Shown here piece by piece: positions 24,337 to 32,000 of a stretch of DNA of 32,000 bases. The stretch is from Pseudomonas aeruginosa. Its GTDB lineage: Bacteria; Pseudomonadota; Gammaproteobacteria; Pseudomonadales; Pseudomonadaceae. Every line of letters begins with the position of its first letter. Within the stretch, counting starts at the first letter, position 1. The translations under genes were made by a program, and so were the position numbers. The stretch lies in contig NZ_LN831024.1 in assembly GCF_001457615.1 (NCBI RefSeq), positions 5,700,001 to 5,732,000 on the forward strand. The letters run 5' to 3'. The notes beneath the pieces were generated by a model, which saw only the letters and a program-made list of their open reading frames with translations, made no database searches and was not told the DNA's origin.

Positions 24337-24347
24337 GTTGTTCGATA

Positions 24348-26492
24348 TCAGCGACCGATTGCGATGGCCTGATTATTCATGATCCGCGGTGTCAGGAAAA
24401 CCAGAAGTTCGTTTTTCACGTCCGAGACCGTATCGCGCCGGAACAGCCGCCCCAGGTAAGGCAGGTCGCCGAGGAACGGCACCTTGTCCACCGACTTGCT
24501 CTGGGTGTTGCTGAACACGCCGCCGATGACGATGGTCTCGCCGTCGTTGACCAGGATCTTGGCGTTCACCTCGTTCTTGTTGATCGGCGGTACGCCGTTC
24601 AGTGCGCGATCGAAGTCCGGCGCATCCTTGGTCACCTTCACTTCGACGATGATCCGGTTGTCCGGGGTGATCTGCGGGGTCACCTCGAGGGACAGCGCGG
24701 CCTCCTTGAACGAGGTGCTGGTAGCGCCACTGGAGCTGGCCTCCTGGTAGGGTACTTCCTGGCCCTTGAGGATCTTCGCGGTTTCCTTGTCCGAGGTCAC
24801 GACCTTGGGCTGGGAGACGATCTCGCCGTTGCCGGTCTTTTCCATCGCCGACAGTTGCAGGTCGAGGATGATGTTGTCGGTGATGAAGCCGATGCCGATT
24901 CCGGAGGTGGCATCCTTGGCGCCGATGTCGACGAACGGCGACGGCGACTTGCTGGTTCCCGTGGTGGGGAAAGTACAGTTGCCGGCGATCGGGCCGCAGT
25001 TCATGCCGTCCTCGTCCTTGATCCCGATATTGCCGTCCTTGCCGTAGCCTCTCCAGTTGCCCTTGTGATAAGCGCCGCCCCAGCGCACACCGAGACTCTT
25101 GTCGTAACCGACGTTGGCCTCGACGATGCGTGCCTCGATCATCACCTGGCGCACCGGAATATCCAGCTGCGAAACGATCCGCCGCAGTTCGTCCAGTCGC
25201 TCCTGGGGCTGATAGGCGATGATGCTGTTGGTGCGGTCGTCGACGGTGATCGAGCCGCGCCCGCCTTCCTTGCCTTCCTGGCCACCATCGCTGGTCACCG
25301 ACTGGAACAGCTTGGCGATGTCCGCGGCCTTGGCGTAGTTCACCTGGATCAGTTCCCGGCGCAGTGGCGCCAACTCGGCGATCTGCTTCTGCGCTTCCAG
25401 CTCCTGGCGCTCACGGGCGGCGATCTCGTCGGCCGGGGCCACCAGCAGTACGTTGCCGAGCTTGCGCTTGTCCAGGCCCTTGGTCTTCAGTACCAGGTCC
25501 AGCGCCTGGTCCCACGGCACGTTCTGCAGGCGCAGGGTGATATTGCCCTGCACGGTATCCGAGGCCACCAGATTCAGGTCGGTGAAGTCGGCGATCAGTT
25601 GCAGTACCGAACGCACGTCGATGTCCTGGAAGTTCAGCGACAGTTTCTCGCCGGTATAGGCGAAATTGTCCTTCTTGCGCCGCTCGGCATCTTCCGTGGT
25701 CATCGGCTTGATGCTGACGGTCAGGCGATTGTCGGTCTGGTAGACCAGGTAGTCGTAGAGCCCGCTCGGCTCGATGGTGATGCTGGTACGGTCGGATTGC
25801 GCGCTGGCGTTGACGAACTGCACCGGCGTGGCGAAGTCCTTGACGTCCAGGCGAACCCGCAGCGCATCCGGCAGCTGGGTCTTGGCGAAGTCCAGGCGGA
25901 TCTTGCCGCCCTGCTCCTGGATATCCGGGCTCAAGGTCGGGTCGGACAGGTCGATGACCACGTTGCCCTCGCCCTTTTCGCCACGCTGGAAATCGATGTT
26001 GCGGATGGCACGACCCGCCGGCACGTACGGCTTGGGTTTGATCGGCTGGGCATAGCTGGCCGGAGCCGGGCTAGCCTTGACCGGAGCGGTGGAAGCGACG
26101 CTGGCGCCGGCCGGCGAATTGCCGACCACCACGAAGAGGTTGTTGCCTTCCACCCGGGTGGTGTAGGACGACAACGTGGTCAGGTTGATGATCAACCGTG
26201 TGCGATCCTTCGCCTCGACCACCGTGACGCTGCGCGTATTGCCCACGCTCAGCTCGCGGTTCTTGGTGCCGAGCTTGTTCTGTACCCCCGGCAGATCGAG
26301 GGCGATTCGCGCCGGCTGCTCGATGGTATAGCCACGCGGCGCGGCGACGGGCTCGTCGAACTGCAGCTTTAGCTCGACCCGGTCGCCAGGCAATGCCGCC
26401 ACGTCGAGTTTCTCCAGGTCCGCGGCGAGCAATGCCGGCGCGAACATGGCGGCCAGCAAAGCGATCCCGAGGCGCGAGAGGCCACTGTTCAT
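24348..26492 (-). CDS. pilQ: Type IV pilus secretin
   Basis: 714 aa from ATG 26492 (GGAG upstream; signal peptide [23 protein letters not shown]). It has AMIN-type N-terminal repeats and a secretin C-domain ending [15 protein letters not shown]. An in-frame ATG at 26531 is less likely to be the start. Confidence 0.95.
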   Translation of the reverse strand: MNSGLSRLGIALLAAMFAPALLAADLEKLDVAALPGDRVELKLQFDEPVAAPRGYTIEQPARIALDLPGVQNKLGTKNRELSVGNTRSVTVVEAKDRTRLIINLTTLSSYTTRVEGNNLFVVVGNSPAGASVASTAPVKASPAPASYAQPIKPKPYVPAGRAIRNIDFQRGEKGEGNVVIDLSDPTLSPDIQEQGGKIRLDFAKTQLPDALRVRLDVKDFATPVQFVNASAQSDRTSITIEPSGLYDYLVYQTDNRLTVSIKPMTTEDAERRKKDNFAYTGEKLSLNFQDIDVRSVLQLIADFTDLNLVASDTVQGNITLRLQNVPWDQALDLVLKTKGLDKRKLGNVLLVAPADEIAARERQELEAQKQIAELAPLRRELIQVNYAKAADIAKLFQSVTSDGGQEGKEGGRGSITVDDRTNSIIAYQPQERLDELRRIVSQLDIPVRQVMIEARIVEANVGYDKSLGVRWGGAYHKGNWRGYGKDGNIGIKDEDGMNCGPIAGNCTFPTTGTSKSPSPFVDIGAKDATSGIGIGFITDNIILDLQLSAMEKTGNGEIVSQPKVVTSDKETAKILKGQEVPYQEASSSGATSTSFKEAALSLEVTPQITPDNRIIVEVKVTKDAPDFDRALNGVPPINKNEVNAKILVNDGETIVIGGVFSNTQSKSVDKVPFLGDLPYLGRLFRRDTVSDVKNELLVFLTPRIMNNQAIAIGR

Positions 26493-26545
26493 CGTCCGAC
26501 TCCGTTGTACAGACTGCTGTTGGTTATGCATGTTTTTCCCCGCCC

Positions 26546-27070
26546 TCAGGAGCGTTCCTTGAGAGTCAGGCTGCGCGGACGCTCCAGCCAGTTCCCCTCT
26601 CCGTCAGGAACGATTTCGATCACGTCTATTTTTCCTTCGCTGATGCCGACGACCTTGCCGTCGTTGCGCCCCAGGTAGTCCCCGACCCTCACCCGGTGCA
26701 CGCCACCCGCGCCCTTCACCAGGGCGAAGGTGCCCTGGGCGTTGGACAGGGTGCCGACCATCTCGAAGGTCTCGATGTTGAAGCCTTCCAGGAACTGCTT
26801 GACCCGCGTCTCGTCGGGCTTGATCACCTTGTTGCCCTTCTGCCGCACGGTCAGGTCGATCTTCACCGGCGGCTGGAACGGGCTGCGTAGCGACGCGGCG
26901 CTATAGGTGAAGGCCTCGTACGGCTGGAACTTCGGCAACGGCTCGATGGTGCCCTTGGGCCGGGCGCGAACCTCGTCCATGTAGGACTGCAGATCGGCGA
27001 AATCGGAACCGCCGCCGCATCCGGCCAGGCTGGCGAGCAGCAGGCTGCTCAGAATCAGGCGGGCTCTCAT
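26546..27070 (-). CDS. pilP: Type IV pilus assembly lipoprotein PilP
   Basis: A 174-aa ORF with a lipobox (LLLASLAGC). Its position between pilO and pilQ matches the canonical operon order. Confidence 0.9.
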   Translation of the reverse strand: MRARLILSSLLLASLAGCGGGSDFADLQSYMDEVRARPKGTIEPLPKFQPYEAFTYSAASLRSPFQPPVKIDLTVRQKGNKVIKPDETRVKQFLEGFNIETFEMVGTLSNAQGTFALVKGAGGVHRVRVGDYLGRNDGKVVGISEGKIDVIEIVPDGEGNWLERPRSLTLKERS

Positions 27071-27690
27071 TTCTTCAGCCCCTTGTCGTTGTAGCGATAG
27101 GTCTTGGCCAGGATGCTCATGCGCAGCTTGGACGTGCTGCCGGGCGCGACCGGCTTGATCTCGAAGTCATGCAGGGTGACGATCCGCGGCAGGCTGGACA
27201 CGCCGCTGACGAAGGTCGCCAAGTCGTGGTAGCCGCCGACCACGCTGATCTGGATCGGCAGCTCGATGTAGAACTGCTGGGCAACCTCGGGAAGCAGCTT
27301 GATTTCCTCGAACTCCAGGCCGCTGCCCAGGCCGGTACGAGTGATGTCCTCGAGCAGCCCGGGTACCTCGGTGTCGCTGGGCAACTGCCGCAGCAAGGCG
27401 CCAAAGGACTCTTCCATCTCCTTCATCTGTGCCTTGTAGGCTTCCAGGTTCGCGGCCTGGAAGGCCTTGGTGGAGAACTGCTGCTTGAGCGTCTCCTCTT
27501 CCGCGGCCTGCTGTTCGAGCTGAGCCTGCATGTCACTCAGATGGAAGTTGTAGCCCAGCGCCAGGACCGCCGCGGTCAGCAGCACGCAGACGATGACCTT
27601 GACCGCCGCCGGCCAGGAACCGATGTTGTTCAGGTCGAGATCGTTGATATCGATCTTGCGCAGACTTTCCAGGGAACTGGCCAGACTCAT
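27067..27690 (-). CDS. pilO: Type IV pilus alignment subcomplex protein PilO
   Basis: 207 aa from ATG 27690 (MSLASSLESLRKIDINDL...), with a single TM followed by a coiled coil. There are ATGA overlaps with pilN (27687-27690) and pilP (27067-27070). The 257-aa track ORF is an upstream extension. Confidence 0.9.
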   Translation of the reverse strand: MSLASSLESLRKIDINDLDLNNIGSWPAAVKVIVCVLLTAAVLALGYNFHLSDMQAQLEQQAAEEETLKQQFSTKAFQAANLEAYKAQMKEMEESFGALLRQLPSDTEVPGLLEDITRTGLGSGLEFEEIKLLPEVAQQFYIELPIQISVVGGYHDLATFVSGVSSLPRIVTLHDFEIKPVAPGSTSKLRMSILAKTYRYNDKGLKK

Positions 27691-28282
27691 TTCTTGGCTC
27701 CTTGCGCAACCCCATGCTTCGCCTTGGCGTCTTCCTCGCCGGGCTGCGTCTGCTGCACGGTCAGTTGGAACACGTTGGCCTGGTCCACCGCGCCCTGGGT
27801 CACCGCCTTGACCTCGTTCAGGGTCGGGGCGGTCAGCCACTCGGACGCGTCCATATTGCGCATGAGATTGGAAACGCGGTTGTTGGACTCGGCCGCGCCG
27901 GCGATGGCGATGTTCTTGCCGGTCATCTTCAGGTCGGTGAAATACACGCCGTCGGGCAAGGTCCGCACGAGCTGGTCGAACACCCGTCCGATGATGGGAC
28001 GGTTGCCCTGCAGGTCCTGGATGATCTTCATCCGCTCGAGCAATTGCTGGCGCCGCGACTTCAGTTCGCTGATTTCCTTGATCCGGGCGTCGAGTACGAC
28101 GATTTCCTTGCGCAGGAAGTCGTTGCGGGCGTTCTGGTTCTCGATGGCCGCGGTGAAGTACTGGTCGCCAAGGAATACCAGCGCAGCCGATGCCACCAGG
28201 ACGCCGCCAAGAATCACCAGGAACTGCTGCTTGCGCTGCTCGCGCAGCTCTTCGCGCCAGGGTAGAAGGTTGATCCGTGCCA

Positions 28283-28283
<1 letters not shown>
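27687..28283 (-). CDS. pilN: Type IV pilus alignment subcomplex protein PilN
   Basis: A 198-aa ORF. The conserved N-terminal INLLPWRE motif binds PilM; a TM helix follows. Confidence 0.9.
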
Positions 28284-29374
<1,091 letters not shown>

Positions 29375-29453
29375 TTACGAACGATTCTTCTTTTTTCACA
29401 TTAGATACCAGAGCCGAAGGCCAGGCAAATGGCTAGGTCACAGAAAAATTGCT

Positions 29454-29459
29454 TATAAT
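29454..29459 (+). promoter_or_regulatory. Consensus -10 hexamer TATAAT in the pilM/ponA divergent spacer (candidate ponA promoter)
   Basis: TTGCTTATAATGTG lies about 73 nt upstream of the ponA ATG. I could not find a good -35 at 17-bp spacing. The AT-rich palindromic core TTATAA also reads TATAAG on the minus strand. Confidence 0.3.
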
Positions 29460-29531
29460 GTGAACAGCTTTTGCCTTTTTCCTGTCCTATTCGCTTAACT
29501 CTTTCTTTTTCCTGGAAATCCGAATCTACCC

Positions 29532-32000
29532 ATGCGCCTGCTGAAGTTCCTGTGGTGGACTTGCGTCACCCTGATTTGTGGAGTGCTGCTCAGTTTCAGC
29601 GGCGCCTATCTCTATCTGAGTCCCAGCCTGCCCTCGGTGGAAGCTCTGCGTAACGTCCAGCTGCAGATCCCCCTCAAGGTCTACAGCGAGGACGGCAAGC
29701 TGATCTCCGAGTTCGGCGAGATGCGCCGGACACCGATCCGCTTCGCCGACATCCCGCAGGACTTCATCCATGCCCTGCTGTCCGCCGAGGACGACAATTT
29801 CGCCAACCATTATGGCGTCGATGTGAAAAGCCTAATGCGCGCCGCCGCGCAATTATTGAAAAGCGGTCACATCCAGACTGGCGGCAGCACCATCACCATG
29901 CAGGTAGCGAAGAACTACTTCCTTACCAATGAAAGAAGCTTCTCGCGAAAGATCAATGAAATCCTCCTGGCCCTGCAGATCGAGCGACAGCTGACCAAGG
30001 ACGAGATTCTCGAGCTCTACGTCAACAAGATCTACCTGGGCAACCGTGCCTATGGCATCGAGGCTGCCGCACAGGTCTATTACGGCAAGCCGATCAAAGA
30101 CTTGAGCCTGGCCGAGATGGCGATGATCGCCGGCCTGCCGAAAGCGCCCTCGCGCTACAACCCGCTGGTCAACCCGACCCGCAGCACGGAACGGCGCAAC
30201 TGGATCCTCGAGCGCATGCTCAAGCTCGGCTTCATCGACCAGCAACGCTACCAGGCCGCCGTCGATGAGCCGATCAACGCCTCCTACCACGTGCAGACCC
30301 CCGAACTGAATGCGCCCTACATCGCCGAGATGGCCCGTGCCGAGATGGTCGGCCGCTACGGCAGCGAGGCCTATACCGAGGGCTACAAGGTCATCACCAC
30401 GGTCCGCAGCGACCTGCAGAACGCCGCCAGCCAATCGGTCCGCGACGGCCTCATCGACTATGACCAGCGCCACGGCTACCGCGGCCCGGAGACCCGCCTG
30501 CCGGGCCAGACCCGCGACGCCTGGCTCAAGCACCTGGGCCAGCAGCGCAGCATCGGCGGCCTGGAGCCGGCGATCGTCACCCAGGTGGAAAAGAGCGGGA
30601 TCATGGTGATGACCCGCGACGGCAAGGAAGAAGCCGTGACCTGGGACAGCATGAAATGGGCACGCCCCTTCCTCAGCAACAACAGCATGGGCCCGATGCC
30701 GCGCCAGCCCGCCGACGTGGCCCAGGCCGGCGACCAGATCCGCGTGCAGCGCCAGGAAGACGGCACCCTGCGCTTCGTACAGATTCCCGCCGCACAGAGC
30801 GCGCTGATCTCCCTCGACCCGAAGGACGGGGCGATCCGCTCGCTGGTCGGCGGCTTCTCCTTCGAGCAGAGCAACTACAACCGCGCGATCCAGGCCAAGC
30901 GCCAGCCGGGCTCCAGTTTCAAGCCGTTCATCTACAGCGCGGCCCTGGACAACGGCTTCACCGCCGCCAGCCTGGTCAACGATGCGCCGATCGTGTTCGT
31001 CGACGAGTACCTGGACAAGGTCTGGCGACCGAAGAACGACACCAATACCTTCCTCGGCCCGATCCCGCTGCGCGAAGCCCTGTACAAGTCCCGCAACATG
31101 GTCTCGATCCGCGTCCTGCAGGGCCTGGGCATCGAGCGGGCGATCAGCTACATCACCAAGTTCGGCTTCCAGCGCGACGAACTGCCGCGCAACTTCTCCC
31201 TGGCCCTGGGTACCGCGACAGTCACACCGATGGAAATCGCCGGCGCCTGGAGCGTATTCGCCAACGGCGGCTACAAGGTCAATCCGTACGTCATCGAACG
31301 CATCGAGAGCCGCGACGGACAGGTGCTGTACCAGGCCAATCCGCCCCGCGTGCCGGTGGAAGAACAGGTCGCTGCGCCGGATGCGGAAGACGCCGGGAAT
31401 CCTGGTGACCCCGAGCATCCGGAGAGCGCCGAAGGCGAAGGTTCGATCGAAGCCCAGCAAGTCGCCGCCAAGGCCCAGACCACCTTCGAGCCGACCCCGG
31501 CCGAGCGGATCATCGATGCCCGTACCGCCTATATCATGACCAGCATGCTGCAGGACGTGATCAAGCGCGGTACCGGGCGTCGCGCCCTGGCGCTGAAGCG
31601 CACCGACCTGGCCGGCAAGACCGGCACCACCAACGATTCCAAGGATGGCTGGTTCTCCGGCTACAACTCCGACTACGTGACCAGCGTCTGGGTCGGCTTC
31701 GACCAGCCGGAGACCCTGGGTCGCCGCGAGTACGGCGGTACCGTCGCGCTGCCGATCTGGATCAGGTACATGGGCTTCGCCCTCAAGGACAAGCCGATGC
31801 ACACCATGGCCGAGCCGCCAGGCATCGTCAGCCTGCGCATCGACCCGGTGACCGGCCGTTCGGCCGCGCCGGGCACTCCCGGCGCCTATTTCGAGATGTT
31901 CAAGAACGAGGATACCCCGCCCTCGGTCAATGAACTGCCGCCAGGCAGCTTCCCTGGCAGCCCGCTGCCGGATGACGAAGGCGCGCCGATCGACCTGTTC
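29532..32000 (+). CDS. ponA: Penicillin-binding protein 1A (bifunctional GT51 glycosyltransferase / transpeptidase); the 3' end or stop lies beyond the window
   Basis: This gene is not in the ORF track because no stop occurs in the window; I translated it by hand. It begins MRLLKFLWWTCVTLICGVLL (TM anchor). GT51 motifs: EDDNFANHYGVD (Glu codon 29787-29789), GGSTITMQVAKN, RKINEILLALQIE. Transpeptidase motifs: SSFK (30912-30923), SRN, KTGTTND (from 31617). The frame stays open for 823 codons to nt 32000. Confidence 0.95.
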   Translation, partial: MRLLKFLWWTCVTLICGVLLSFSGAYLYLSPSLPSVEALRNVQLQIPLKVYSEDGKLISEFGEMRRTPIRFADIPQDFIHALLSAEDDNFANHYGVDVKSLMRAAAQLLKSGHIQTGGSTITMQVAKNYFLTNERSFSRKINEILLALQIERQLTKDEILELYVNKIYLGNRAYGIEAAAQVYYGKPIKDLSLAEMAMIAGLPKAPSRYNPLVNPTRSTERRNWILERMLKLGFIDQQRYQAAVDEPINASYHVQTPELNAPYIAEMARAEMVGRYGSEAYTEGYKVITTVRSDLQNAASQSVRDGLIDYDQRHGYRGPETRLPGQTRDAWLKHLGQQRSIGGLEPAIVTQVEKSGIMVMTRDGKEEAVTWDSMKWARPFLSNNSMGPMPRQPADVAQAGDQIRVQRQEDGTLRFVQIPAAQSALISLDPKDGAIRSLVGGFSFEQSNYNRAIQAKRQPGSSFKPFIYSAALDNGFTAASLVNDAPIVFVDEYLDKVWRPKNDTNTFLGPIPLREALYKSRNMVSIRVLQGLGIERAISYITKFGFQRDELPRNFSLALGTATVTPMEIAGAWSVFANGGYKVNPYVIERIESRDGQVLYQANPPRVPVEEQVAAPDAEDAGNPGDPEHPESAEGEGSIEAQQVAAKAQTTFEPTPAERIIDARTAYIMTSMLQDVIKRGTGRRALALKRTDLAGKTGTTNDSKDGWFSGYNSDYVTSVWVGFDQPETLGRREYGGTVALPIWIRYMGFALKDKPMHTMAEPPGIVSLRIDPVTGRSAAPGTPGAYFEMFKNEDTPPSVNELPPGSFPGSPLPDDEGAPIDLF

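Noticed and set aside
21810-26372. Plus-strand ORFs 21810..23747 (645 aa) and 24855..26372 (505 aa)
   Set aside because: They are antisense to the AAA/SPOR gene plus aroB, and to pilQ, respectively. These are shadow ORFs without motifs.
29853-31802. 649-aa minus-strand ORF
   Set aside because: It is antisense to ponA, whose GT51 and SxxK/SxN/KTG motifs are on the plus strand. This is a shadow ORF.

Overview
High-GC (mid-60s %) gammaproteobacterial chromosomal DNA. From memory, not a database search, gene content and order match the Pseudomonas aeruginosa core region PA5022-PA5045. In order: an MscK-like channel (3' part), selO/ydiU, a TauE/DUF81 permease, metY, a hotdog-fold protein, a tandem USP, an orphan ParA-like ATPase, a LysR regulator divergent from an MFS transporter, an SDR divergent from an AraC regulator, a secreted 7-repeat propeller-like protein, hemE, gltD, gltB, an AAA-ATPase/SPOR protein, aroB, aroK, pilQ-P-O-N-M, and divergent ponA (PBP1A), which runs off the right edge and is therefore missing from the ORF track. 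I see no rRNA, tRNA, CRISPR array, transposase, integrase, prophage or recognisable defence or toxin-antitoxin module. This looks like conserved housekeeping DNA, and I cannot support a claim of a novel system. Points worth a second look: (1) metY and the USP gene each carry an apparent 1-nt deletion in a G or C homopolymer, 1.45 kb apart, which is either pseudogenisation or assembly error. (2) A perfect 15-bp stem-loop buries the selO Shine-Dalgarno. (3) An ExeA/MshM-like AAA ATPase fused to a Pro/Ala-rich linker and a SPOR domain occupies the damX slot just downstream of pilQ-aroK-aroB. (4) An uncharacterised secreted protein has seven ~44-aa DxDG-type repeats. (5) A ParA-like ATPase has no ParB partner. 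Most long ORFs antisense to these genes are high-GC shadow ORFs.
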